NCBI GenBank assembly: GCA_965228735.1
Contig: OZ245838.1
Location: 2,208,001 to 2,272,000 of the forward strand
Source: Planctomycetota bacterium
GTDB taxonomy: Bacteria > Planctomycetota > UBA1135 > UBA2386
Direction: 5' to 3'
Length of the DNA stretch: 64,000 nucleotides
The notes under the pieces: generated by a model
What the model was told of the DNA's origin: nothing
The model's input: only the letters and a program-made list of their open reading frames with translations
Databases searched by the model: none
Shown here: piece after piece, positions 31,827 to 42,100 of the stretch
Layout of the letters: the number at the start of each line of letters is the position of its first letter
Numbering within the stretch: the first letter of the stretch is position 1
Program-made: the position numbers and the translations under genes

Positions 31827-32873
31827 CGGCACCAACGTGCCGCCACCGCCGATCGTCCAACCCCACGGCGCGCTCGCGGCAGCGCTCGAGACGGTAATCG
31901 TCTGGCGCATCTTGCGAGCCTCCGCGTTGTCCGGGTCGAGCGCGAGGACCTGGTGGACCCACTCCATCGCGCCGAGATAATCGCTCCGCATCGCCAGCGT
32001 GCCCGCGGTGTGCAGCGCGGCCCGGATCGAGTGGTCGTGGAGGTGGTTCGCCAGATCTTCGATCTCGACCGCGAGCGGCCGGTCTTGCGGGAACTTCCGC
32101 TGCAGCTCGCTCGCCGTCTGCCACGCCGAGCGGTAGGTCTCGATGGCGCGCGTGGCCAGGTTGGCTGACGCCGTCATCTGGCGTGACTTCGCGATCGCCT
32201 GCCGGAGCAGGCCGTCGCCCTTCGTCACGGTGCGCCGGATCGGCTCGAGTCGGCGCTCCACGTAGGAACGGATTTTCTGATCGAGGCGCGCCTGCCGCTC
32301 CGCCCGCCGTCGGGCCGAGCGGTCGCGCTCGAGTGTCTCGACCGCCGTCGCGAACTCGTCGAGCTCGGTCTCCGACAGCGTGTGCGGGAACCTCGTCGAC
32401 AGCTGCTCGAGCAGCTCGACGGATCGCTCGATCCGATCGTTCTCGATCGCGTCCCGGAGCCAACGCTGCAGCTCACGGCCCGCCCAGGCGTCGACGAGCC
32501 GGCGGGACTTCACCGGGTCCGGCGCGTCGCCGAGCCGATCGAGCGCGCCCACGACGTGCCGCATCGTCGCCTCGGGCAGATCGAGCCGCGCGGCGCGGCG
32601 CGCGAGCCAGAAGTGATCGGCGAAGCTCGCCGGTGGCCGCGCGATCTCCTGCAGACGGAACGCCGACCGCGGCTCGAACTCGGCGAGCTCGTGCCGCACC
32701 TCGATGCTGCCGTCGAGCCCGAGGATCCGCAGCTTGGCGGCCTCGCCGCGCACCTCGAGCACCTGGACCCGGGCGTGGGTCCCGTTCTGGAACTGCACGT
32801 TCAGGATGCGGTCGTCGGGCTGCTGCTGCAGTCCGACTACGGCGATGGTCGCAACGAGTAGGGATGCGGTCAT
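31818..32873 (-). CDS. Secreted hypothetical protein, helical/TPR-like
   Basis: ATG with AGGAG upstream, hydrophobic N-terminus, helical repeats ending YLGAMEWVHQVLALDPDNAEAR (TPR-like). Confidence 0.75.
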   Translation of the reverse strand: MTASLLVATIAVVGLQQQPDDRILNVQFQNGTHARVQVLEVRGEAAKLRILGLDGSIEVRHELAEFEPRSAFRLQEIARPPASFADHFWLARRAARLDLPEATMRHVVGALDRLGDAPDPVKSRRLVDAWAGRELQRWLRDAIENDRIERSVELLEQLSTRFPHTLSETELDEFATAVETLERDRSARRRAERQARLDQKIRSYVERRLEPIRRTVTKGDGLLRQAIAKSRQMTASANLATRAIETYRSAWQTASELQRKFPQDRPLAVEIEDLANHLHDHSIRAALHTAGTLAMRSDYLGAMEWVHQVLALDPDNAEARKMRQTITVSSAAASAPWGWTIGGGGTLVPLR

Positions 32874-33016
32874 GGGAACACTCCTGTGGGAAGGCGGGAC
32901 CTCCCGCCTCCGGTCTCCTAGGCCGCGACTGGACCGCGATTCAAGCCGCTGCGGCCGAAACGGGGCCCGCCCGTTGCGGCTGGCCGCGACCCGAACGACC
33001 GGGTCGAGAGCCCTCC

Positions 33017-35683
33017 TCAGTGACCGCCGGAGAACGGGTCGATGTCGGCGAGCGACTCGAGGTTCGCGCCCGCTTCATGGTCGAGCTCGAACAGTCGAAC
33101 GTCGTCGTCGCCGCCGTGTCGCACCGCGAGCAACCGCCGCGAGCGCGTCAGGTAGTAGCGGTATCGCGGGCGATCGGACGTGCCCGGGATCGCGTCCGAT
33201 TCGACCCAGGCAACGACGACGCTCTCGGGCCAGAGGGCGATCGCGTCGGTCAATCGTCGGTGCAGGTCCGAATCCGCGGCCGCGAGCTGGTCGAACTCCG
33301 AGCGCGTCGGGAACTCGAAGTCGAGGCCGAGTCGGTCGCGGGCGCGCGCTCCGTGCTCGTCCCAGCTCGGCAACCGCGCGCCGTCGCTCCCGAAGTCGAA
33401 CTGACCGAGCACCGCGCCGGCGTCACCGGAGAACACGGTGAGGTAGCGCGCGAACGACGCCGGATCCGGTTCGTCCTCGACGGGTTCGAAGTCGCGAATG
33501 GGCCCCGCTCGGAACAGCTCGCGGTGACGCCCCATCGGGCTCTGGTAGTAGAGGTCGTGCAGCAGTGCGACGCGGAACTCCGACACGTCGACCGACAGGC
33601 CGACGAGAGCTTCACGCATCACGGGCAACAGGCAGGCACCGCGCGACACCGCGGTCTTCGCGTGCTCGGGATCGAACTCGATCTTGCCGGGCGCCAGCCC
33701 GAGACCGCCCTCCGATCGCGGCCGCGCGAACATCTGCCGCACCAGCGGGATCCAGCTCGACTGCCCGGCAAGCACGATCCGATCCGGCCGCTGGCTGCCG
33801 ACCAGTCGCCGCGCCCGCATCACGGCGTCACGCAGCGGCGCTTCGATCGCCGAGTAGACTTCGGCAACGCTGACGGTGACCTGAGCCTGCGCCGTCGGAT
33901 GATCTGCCGACGGCTGGCCGCGCACCTCGTCGGGCAGCTGCGACAGCGCGAATCCCATCCGCACGTCGGCCCCGTCGTCGGCGCTCAACGCGACGTCCCG
34001 CGAACGGTTCTGCGCTGCCTGGAACAGCTCGCACTTCAACGTCTCCGCCCGATCCCAGAGCCACGCGAAGTTCCGCTTGGCCACCGGCACGAGCGGGGCG
34101 TCCGGGTCGGGGCGGAAGCGGGTCGGTATGAGCCGCTCGACCGCTTCCTCGACTTCGGGCGGCAGAGTGGCGGCGCCGATGTCCGCCGCCAGGCGATCCC
34201 AATGCTCGTTCACGACCGCGGCCGCGCGAGCATCGACTTGCCCTTCGGTCGCCCCCGCAGCAGCCGAACTCGGCAGCAGGAACAGTCCTGGTGCGGCCGG
34301 CTGCGGAACCGACTCCGCCACGGTCTGCTTGTGGCCGACGAACCGGTCGGGGTCGGCCAGCGCCATCGCGATCCGCCGCTTCAGGATGCGGAACACGGCC
34401 AGCGTGACCTGGTCCCCGCCGTACGGCAGGCTGTCCGAACCGCAGAGCTCGAGCCGGATGTGCAGCGACTCGCCGAACAACTCCAGGTCCGCCCGCACGT
34501 GCGCCAGGTCGATCGTGCCGCCGCCGAAGTCGAAGCAGAGCATCCGCAGCGTGTAGCGCTCCCCGACGCTCTCGCCACGCACGATCTCCTCGCGGTCGTG
34601 CCACAGATCCTGCAGCAGGCGATCCCGCGTGTCGGGATCGCGGGTCCATTCGTGCAGGTAGAACAGGCCGACCGCGCTCGCTTCGTCGAGCGACAGATCG
34701 AGGTCCTCGTCGCGATACCCGAGGCGGCGGAAGACACCCTTCCACCGATCGAGCTGGCCCTGGTCCCACGTCGGCGGGTAGGTGAGCATGAGGCGCGGCA
34801 GCCGCGCCTGCACCTTGGGGTTGTTCTGACACTGCTGGCGCACGAAGCGCCCGAGTTGGTAGACGACGTCTTCCGGCGCGATGTAGCTGGCGCTGCCCCG
34901 CAGGTCCGCGGCCAGGATGCGGCGCCGACCGAGGTGCCGCTTGCTGCCGATGAGCAGGGCGTGCGGATCCGCGTCCGGTCGGGCGCGATAGTCGGCCAAC
35001 GCCTGACGCCCGACGGCACACGCTCCGGGCACGAGCTCGCGAAGTGCGGCGAGGTCTCGAACCAGCACGGCAGCCGGGACGTTGGGGACGGCGCTCTTCG
35101 AGTGGATCGACGTGTCCAAGTCGGGGTTCCAGGTCGTTCCTCGACCCGCGTCCCGGCGGCGATGGTAGACGGCGACCGCCGCGCTGTTGGTGCCGAGGTC
35201 GACGGCCGCGTAGCCGTTGAAGTCCTCGAGGTCGACGATCTCTTCGAACGACAGACTCAGCTGCTGGGTGGCGAGGCCGTCGACCACGCCCGCGAGACGT
35301 TTGCCGTCCGTCGCGACCGGCACCAGTTCGATCACGCCATGGAACCGACCGTACGGGAAGTTGCTGTTGTCGGTGTCGACCAGCACGTCGAGCCACGACT
35401 CCCCGGGCGGCACGACGACCTGGTCGGCGCGCGCCTCCGGCGCGGACCGCGGCATCGTCAGCTCGGCAGCCACGCTGGTCAGGTCACCGACGACGACCTG
35501 CAGCCAGGAGTGCTCGGGGAAGTCGAAGCGCACGTCGAGGACGATCGGCCCCCCGCTCGTGTTCTCGACGATGCAGTGCTTGCGGAGGATGCCGGTCCGC
35601 CGCGAGACGGTGGGGAACGCCATGAGCGGCGTGCGCAGAACGAGGGCGCCCGGGCCCCCGACCTCGGTCTCGGACTTGACCAT
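33017..35683 (-). CDS. Atypical Hsp70-family (actin-like ATPase) protein with an N-terminal Ig-like domain and no canonical DnaK substrate-binding domain
   Basis: VDLGTNSAAV (phosphate 1), LTYPPTW, LDEASAVGLFY, FDFGGGTIDL (phosphate 2), YGGDQVT, AETLKCEL, VLAGQSSWIPLVRQ (adenosine), KTAVSRGA. GGAGG RBS; TGATG overlap with the upstream gene. Confidence 0.88.
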   Translation of the reverse strand: MVKSETEVGGPGALVLRTPLMAFPTVSRRTGILRKHCIVENTSGGPIVLDVRFDFPEHSWLQVVVGDLTSVAAELTMPRSAPEARADQVVVPPGESWLDVLVDTDNSNFPYGRFHGVIELVPVATDGKRLAGVVDGLATQQLSLSFEEIVDLEDFNGYAAVDLGTNSAAVAVYHRRRDAGRGTTWNPDLDTSIHSKSAVPNVPAAVLVRDLAALRELVPGACAVGRQALADYRARPDADPHALLIGSKRHLGRRRILAADLRGSASYIAPEDVVYQLGRFVRQQCQNNPKVQARLPRLMLTYPPTWDQGQLDRWKGVFRRLGYRDEDLDLSLDEASAVGLFYLHEWTRDPDTRDRLLQDLWHDREEIVRGESVGERYTLRMLCFDFGGGTIDLAHVRADLELFGESLHIRLELCGSDSLPYGGDQVTLAVFRILKRRIAMALADPDRFVGHKQTVAESVPQPAAPGLFLLPSSAAAGATEGQVDARAAAVVNEHWDRLAADIGAATLPPEVEEAVERLIPTRFRPDPDAPLVPVAKRNFAWLWDRAETLKCELFQAAQNRSRDVALSADDGADVRMGFALSQLPDEVRGQPSADHPTAQAQVTVSVAEVYSAIEAPLRDAVMRARRLVGSQRPDRIVLAGQSSWIPLVRQMFARPRSEGGLGLAPGKIEFDPEHAKTAVSRGACLLPVMREALVGLSVDVSEFRVALLHDLYYQSPMGRHRELFRAGPIRDFEPVEDEPDPASFARYLTVFSGDAGAVLGQFDFGSDGARLPSWDEHGARARDRLGLDFEFPTRSEFDQLAAADSDLHRRLTDAIALWPESVVVAWVESDAIPGTSDRPRYRYYLTRSRRLLAVRHGGDDDVRLFELDHEAGANLESLADIDPFSGGH

Positions 35684-37983
35684 CAGGCCGCCCCTCCTTC
35701 GGCGCGCGCCGGCACCGCAACCGGGTCACCGCTCGCCAGCGCCGGCAGCTCGTCCTCGAGCGCCGCGATGCGACGGCACAACTCGATCGTGCTCATCAGC
35801 TCGGCCCAGCGGTTCCGCGCCACCGGCAGCCCTTCGGGACCGGCAGGCGGCCGCGGCAGCCGGGCCCGGTCCGTCGCGTGGCGCTGCCCGAGCGCGCCTT
35901 CGGCGGCGACGAAGAACTCGTCGAGCTCACGTTCGAGGTCTTCCCCGTCGAGGAACAGGTGCAGCCACAGGTCGTCGAGCAGCCGCGTGTAGATGTTCTC
36001 GTAGATCCACCCCGGGTAGAACTCGCAGAACACCGAGACGAGCAGGCTCTTGAGCTGCGCCGCGGGCACGCGGCGGTTGAGCCGCCGCAGTTCGCGGCCG
36101 CGCGGCATGTGGAAGAACCCGTGCCGGACGATGCCCTGCACCGAGTGCCGCAGCGTGCCCTCGAACCGCGTGAGCAACCGGTCGAGCCGCTCACACTGCT
36201 CGGGCGCGCCGTTCAGCAGGCCCTCGACGTCGCGGCGCGCTCCGCCTGCGAGGACGCGTTCACGGAAGACGCGCCGCACATGGCCATCGACCGCTTCGAT
36301 CACCCGCGCCTGCAGGTCCTGCCGGATCTGATCCGCGGCGTTGTCCGCGATGATCTGGAAGTCGAACTCGGCCACCGGGTCCTCGCGGAGCGGCGCCTGC
36401 AGAATGGGCCGTTCGAAGTGCGCCGCGATCGCGCTCTGCATGTCGGCGTGCAGGCGGTCGAGGATGCGATGGAGATCCTTGCGCAGCCCGCCACCGGTCG
36501 CACCCGCCTGCAGGTAGCCGTGGCGGAAGTGCTGAACCAGGCCGACGAGTCGATCGCGCTGCTCGCGATGGGCCTCGAGCACCGCCTGCCGCTGCAGGTC
36601 CACGGGATCGGTGTCGCGGTACTTCTCGAACTGCGGCGCAGCGGCGGCTTCGAGGTCTGCAAGGGCAGCCTGCAGGTTGTCCACCACCTCCCGGATCTTG
36701 CCGGGGAACGCATCCGTGTCGAGGAACCGCCGGATCCGCGACCGCAGATAGCCGACACCGCCCGGATCGGTCGGCTGACCGAACGGCTCCACCCACCGGT
36801 CGAGCCCGGGCAGGCGCGACGCAACCGACCGGAACACCTCACCGAGGCGCGCCGCCTCGGCGCGGGCCGACTCGTCACCCTGGCGCGCCGCGCGACCGAG
36901 CGCCGCCGACGCGAGGAAGAAGCGCTCCCGCGGCAGGTCGTTGCCGATCGTGTCCTTCGACAGGTAGTCGACGGCCCGGACGAGTTCTTCGGGCTCGGCG
37001 CCGAACTGATCGACCTTGTTGAACACGAAGAACGTCTTCTGCTGATAGCTGCGGGTCAACCGCTGGAAGCTCGCGACCACCTCGGTGTCCGCCTGGTTGC
37101 CGGGCTGGAACGCCGTCACGACGATGCAGTCCGCCATGTTGCAGAACTCGCGAATCGCGCGCCGGTGGTAGTCCTCCTTGCAGTTCAGCCCCGGCAGATC
37201 GAGGAAGACGACGCCCTGCTCGAGCATCGGGCTCGGCACGCGCAACTCGACGTCCCCCACCAAGGCGAGCCACTCGCGGGTGACCCACAGCGTCGGATCG
37301 CCGCCCGCGTCCTCGTAGGCCCGTTCTTCCGCGGGTGTCGCGGAGAAGTAGCGGTGTCCGCCCGCGCCATCCGGCAGGATGCCGCCGCCCGCGATGAACG
37401 GCGCGCGGGCCGAGAACGGGGTCGGCAACGCGCCGATCTCGTCGTAGCGCGCGAGCAACCGGGCGAACCGCGCGATGCTCTCCTGGGCGGCTGCACCATC
37501 GACGAAGGCCGCCGGGTCGGCCGCCGCAGCGGCAGCGTGCTCGAGGGTCTCGAACGGTCGCTTGAACGCGCAATCGAGCGTCGCCCGAACGCGCGCGAAA
37601 CACTCCGCTCGATCGACGTATCGAACGCGGCACGAGGGCTCGGCACCGTGCCGAATGACCGTGCAGACGGCAGTCATCGGAATCGCCGACGCGGGCAGCA
37701 GACCGTCCTGCTCCAGCAGCAGATTCAGCAACGTCGACTTGCCGCTGCTGAACGCGCCGGTGACCGCGACCAGGAACTCGGCCTGGCTGGTGATGTCGAC
37801 CGTCCGGTTCAGCGCGTGGTTCGGATCATCCGGCCGGAAGTCCAGGTCACGCCCGCCCGAGAAGCTGCCGAGCACGCGCAGGCGCTGGAACTCCTGGGTC
37901 GCATCACGCAGGCGTTGCGCGTAGTCGTGCAGCCCCGCGAACCGCTGCCGCAGGGCCGAGGAGTCGTTGTTCTGAGTGATCAT
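35683..37983 (-). CDS. Bacterial dynamin-like GTPase (766 aa)
   Basis: ATG at 37983. G1 VAVTGAFSSGKSTLLN, G2 PMTAVCT, G3 FLDLPG, G4 FNKVD, G5-like LASAA, followed by a long helical stalk region. Confidence 0.9.
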   Translation of the reverse strand: MITQNNDSSALRQRFAGLHDYAQRLRDATQEFQRLRVLGSFSGGRDLDFRPDDPNHALNRTVDITSQAEFLVAVTGAFSSGKSTLLNLLLEQDGLLPASAIPMTAVCTVIRHGAEPSCRVRYVDRAECFARVRATLDCAFKRPFETLEHAAAAAADPAAFVDGAAAQESIARFARLLARYDEIGALPTPFSARAPFIAGGGILPDGAGGHRYFSATPAEERAYEDAGGDPTLWVTREWLALVGDVELRVPSPMLEQGVVFLDLPGLNCKEDYHRRAIREFCNMADCIVVTAFQPGNQADTEVVASFQRLTRSYQQKTFFVFNKVDQFGAEPEELVRAVDYLSKDTIGNDLPRERFFLASAALGRAARQGDESARAEAARLGEVFRSVASRLPGLDRWVEPFGQPTDPGGVGYLRSRIRRFLDTDAFPGKIREVVDNLQAALADLEAAAAPQFEKYRDTDPVDLQRQAVLEAHREQRDRLVGLVQHFRHGYLQAGATGGGLRKDLHRILDRLHADMQSAIAAHFERPILQAPLREDPVAEFDFQIIADNAADQIRQDLQARVIEAVDGHVRRVFRERVLAGGARRDVEGLLNGAPEQCERLDRLLTRFEGTLRHSVQGIVRHGFFHMPRGRELRRLNRRVPAAQLKSLLVSVFCEFYPGWIYENIYTRLLDDLWLHLFLDGEDLERELDEFFVAAEGALGQRHATDRARLPRPPAGPEGLPVARNRWAELMSTIELCRRIAALEDELPALASGDPVAVPARAEGGAA

Positions 37984-38030
37984 GGGTGTCCGTTCGAGGG
38001 AATGAGCGATGGGCGGCGGACGCCGCTGCG

Positions 38031-39179
38031 TCACCGCGTGAAGTTGCCGAGCAGGCGCGTGCCGTCCGCGCTGTAGAGCGTGTAGAAGACGACGCCACGC
38101 GCGCTCGATGTCTGCCGGCTGACGAACGGGAAGCCGACGACGATCGGCTTCCGCCAGGTCCGTTCGCTCCCGACGAAGTCCAGCGGCTCGCACGGTTGCC
38201 ACGCCACGTTGCGGCCCAGCTGTTCGAGCAGCTGCGACTCGTCCTCCTGCAGGGACAGTTCGGCGAGCGCGCCCGCGTCGATCGGCGCAACCTCGACCGA
38301 GTCGATGTAGCCCGGCGTCCGCAGCTGACTCACGACGTCCGTGCGGTACGACCCGTAGCCGAACAGGAAGACGTTGTCCTGGAGCGTCTGGAACTGCCCG
38401 AGCTCGCTCTGCGCGGTGCCGTAGCGCATCTGCCGCAGGAACTGCCCGACGTCACCACGAAACCCCTCGACCTGGTAGACCGCGACCTTGGCGAGGTTGA
38501 GGCGCCAGTTGAACGACACGTCGCCCTGGCGCTTCACCCGCGTGCCGTCGCCCGCGGCGAACATGTCGCTCGCGTTGAGTTCGACGTCGACGGAGCTCGT
38601 GCCGCGGCCGAGCTCCTCGTATTCGATGGCGAACGTGCCGCCGTCCTTGCGCCGCAGCACGCCGGGCAGGCTCTCACGATACGTCACGAGAGTGCCCGCG
38701 CCGGCGGCCTCGCGCCGGGAACCCGCGGCGGGCACGACGGTCCCGCCGATCTTGAACGCGCTGCTCGCATCGGCCAGCTTGAACGAGAGGTTCGAGATCA
38801 GGATCGGGATCTCGTCGGCCGCGAGATACTGCTGCACGAGCATGCCGCGGATCTTCGCGACCTCGCGCGGGCTCTCCTGGACGCTCAATCGCAGCCGACT
38901 CGCATCGGCGGCGTCTCCGAGACTTTCCTCGAGCAACGCCTCGAACGCGCCCTCGTCGAAGTCGTTCGCCGCGGCGGCGAGACCGACGGTCAGGCGCTGG
39001 ATCGGCGCGAACTCCGGCGGCGGCACGTCAGTGCCGGCCCGCAACATGGCGTTCTCCTCCTCGAGCCGCGCGTTCTCGGCGCGCAGCTGCGCGACCTCCT
39101 GCGACAGGTTGTGACAGCCCGAGGTGGGAACGAGAAGGGTCGCCGCGACAGCGCACGGCAAGAATCGACGAAGGTGCAT
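38031..39179 (-). CDS. Putative lipoprotein with N-terminal coiled coil, unknown function (382 aa)
   Basis: ATG at 39179 overlaps the upstream TGA. MHLRRFLPCAVAATLLVPTSG-C lipobox, then LSQEVAQLRAENARLEEENAML heptads. Confidence 0.8.
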   Translation of the reverse strand: MHLRRFLPCAVAATLLVPTSGCHNLSQEVAQLRAENARLEEENAMLRAGTDVPPPEFAPIQRLTVGLAAAANDFDEGAFEALLEESLGDAADASRLRLSVQESPREVAKIRGMLVQQYLAADEIPILISNLSFKLADASSAFKIGGTVVPAAGSRREAAGAGTLVTYRESLPGVLRRKDGGTFAIEYEELGRGTSSVDVELNASDMFAAGDGTRVKRQGDVSFNWRLNLAKVAVYQVEGFRGDVGQFLRQMRYGTAQSELGQFQTLQDNVFLFGYGSYRTDVVSQLRTPGYIDSVEVAPIDAGALAELSLQEDESQLLEQLGRNVAWQPCEPLDFVGSERTWRKPIVVGFPFVSRQTSSARGVVFYTLYSADGTRLLGNFTR

Positions 39180-42100
39180 CACAGGTTCGTTCTCTTGGCG
39201 GAGCCCCACACCACGGATGGCAGGGACAGTTTCTTGAGCAGCACGGCCGCGCGCTCGCGCAGCGGTGCCGGCAGCGGCTGCCGGCCGATCTCGCGCAGCG
39301 TGCTCAGGTGGTCGCGCAGCGTGTCCTTGTCCATCACGACGATCTGCGCGAGAGTCAGCGGCGCCACGGCACCGGCGATCAGGTGGTAGCTGCGGAGCGG
39401 TTCGAGTTCGGGTGCGATCGCGAGGCCAGCGAGCTTCTGCCGGTGCGCTTCGGCGAGCGTCCCGTCGTAGTCCTGCGGCCAGGTGATCTCCTGCGCGGCG
39501 CGGACCGCGTAGAGCAGGGAGTAGTGCGCGAAGGCGTCGACCGGCTCCGTCGCTTCGAGCAGCTCGAGCTGACGCTGCAACCGCGCCGCCCGCGCACGGG
39601 TGGCCGGCGCGATGCCCGTGCCACGCAGTTCGCCGGGCGCCGCCAGCAGGTCGTAGTTCGGCTCCTCGCGCACGACGCGGAAGTCGGCCAGCAAACTCGC
39701 GAACCGAACGGGCCACGCGGTCGAGCCGGCATCGACCGGCCGCTGCTCACTCGCCGCCGCATCCGCGCCGAGCGCTGCCAGATACGCGGGGGCCCAGCTC
39801 GCGGCCTCGGCCTCGCCGCCAGCCGCGCGCTCCAGGTGCGCTCGCGCGAGCTCGTCGTCGCCGTCGTAGAAGTGCGCCGTGTGGCCGCTCCAGAACAACG
39901 CCGCCGCGCGTTGCGCCGGCGTGATCCGATCCCAGACCGCCGAGTCTGCGATGACCTCGTCACGCAGGCGGCGACCGACGGTCGCCGGGTTCGTGGCCAC
40001 GCCGGCCAACAGACCACGCACGACGAGGCCCGCACGCACGTCGGCGAACGGCGGAAACGGCGCCGGCGTGACCGGTGCTGCGGCCGCGACCCGAAGTTCC
40101 TCGCAGCGGTCGAGCAGCTGCCCCGCGACCGCCGCATCGGCCTCGACGAACGCGCGGACGAACGCGGCCTCCCACGAGCTCGCTTCGGCCGGCCACGGAA
40201 CGACCTCGCCGGTCGTCAACCAGCCGAGCGCCGCCGCCGCCGCCGCGTAGCCCGGCGCGTCGACGAACGCATCGGCGCGCAGCATCGGCACCGGCGCGCC
40301 CTCGAGGAAACGCTTGAGGAACGCGGCGCGGAAGCGGGCGCGCATCGACGGGTCGTCGGCGTAGAGGCCGGCGGCAGCCGCGAACTCGCCGCGATCGAAC
40401 AGCCGATCGGCAGCCGCGCTCCGGACGCCGTCCGCCGGCCGGCCCGACTCGAGGCAGTCCAGCAACGCGGCGGAGTCGGCGCTCCCGTCGACGTAGGCCG
40501 CGAGGTGACCACGACAGTCGTCGTAGACCGCGAGCTCGACGCTGCCGAGCTCGGCGTGATCGGTCACCGCCAACTCGAAGCGGCCCGACGGCAGCGTCAC
40601 GGTGCACGCGAACTCCTCGAGCAGCTCCGCGCCTGCGAGTTCCGATTCCGTCGGCGCGCCGCCGACCGGAGTCACGAGCGCGCGATCGACCTCGATCGAC
40701 CGCGGCGAATCGGCGTCGACCGTCGCGCCCACCGGCCGCAGCGACAACGCGGAAGCGGCGGCGAGGTTGGTGCCCCGCAACACGATTCTCGTCGGCTTGC
40801 CCGGTTCGAGCAGCGCCGGCTCGACCGTGCGGACGACGGGCCGCGGTAGAACCCGGAGACTGGCCGCCGTGGGCACGGCGTCGGCCGCGGTCATCCCGAG
40901 CGCGATCCGATAGTGACCGGCCGGCACCTCGGCGCGGTAGACACCGCGCGTCACGAGTCCGGCCCCGAACTCGACGTTCGCCGGTTCGCCCGTCGACGCC
41001 GAGCGTGCCGACCCCATCGCGGAGGCCTCCGCCGGGGAAGACTTCGCCGTAGCAGATTCTGTCGGGGATGGCTCCGAGCGCGTGGCCACGGCCGCCTCGA
41101 CGGCAACCGGCACGCCGGTCGGCACCAACGCGACGACGACCGGTTCCGCACCAGCCGCAGCGCCAGGACCAGCATCCGAAGCGGCGCTCTCGCCGATCAA
41201 TCCGAGCCAGGGCATCGGTGTGGCCTCCGCGACGGCGAGCTCGAGCTCGATGCGGTCGCCGCGGCCCGGAACGACGGACTCGGGGATGGCCTCGACGAGG
41301 CGCGGGCCGACGATCCGCAGGGATTGGCCCTCGTCGAGGAACACGCCGTCGACCCGCACGCGGTAGTCGCCCTCGGCCGCCGCCGGCAGGCTGCCGGCCC
41401 GAAGCACGAAACGGCCGTCGGTGAGCGGGACCTCGATCGGGGCGCGGCCCGAGAGCGGCACGAGCGCGACATCGGCGAGGTCGTCGAGCGGGAAGCCCGC
41501 GGCTGCGGTGAGTTCGAACGGCGTATCGACGAACCGATGCGCCACGACGGGTCGCACGCCGAACCCCGGCGACCGAACGGCGAGGCCCGCCATCGCCGCT
41601 CCGGCACCGAACCGGCCGAGCGGCCGCAGTCGATAGTCCCCGACCGGCAGCGTCGCCGGCAACGGCAGCTCGTAGCGCCCCGCGGCGCCCGTCGACGCCA
41701 CGTCGATCACGGCGACCGGCTGCTCGCCCACAGGGCCTGCCGGCGCGGTCGGCAGCAGTTCGACCTGCTGGAGGTTCCGCCCCAGGAGCACGACGCTGGC
41801 GGGTCGCGACGCGAACACCGTCGCGTCCTCGATTCGTTCGAGCACCGGGCGATAGTGCTCACGCACCGCGAGACCGCCGCTCACGAGTCCGACGAGGACC
41901 ACCAGGGCGGCGGCCAGCTGCACGATCCGCGGTGTCGGATGACGGAGTCCCAAGGTGATCCCGGTCGGCATCCCGCCGAACGTCAATCGCAGCCGACCGC
42001 GCGCCTTGACGGGCGCGACCAGCAGGCGATGGCGACTCGACTCGGCATCGACATCAGCGGCCGAGGCGGACTCGCGATCGGCATCGGGCACCGGCTCGAC

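Noticed and set aside
33017..35683. Calling this gene dnaK
   Set aside because: It has an N-terminal extension, altered motifs, no recognisable substrate-binding domain and no dnaJ/grpE context.
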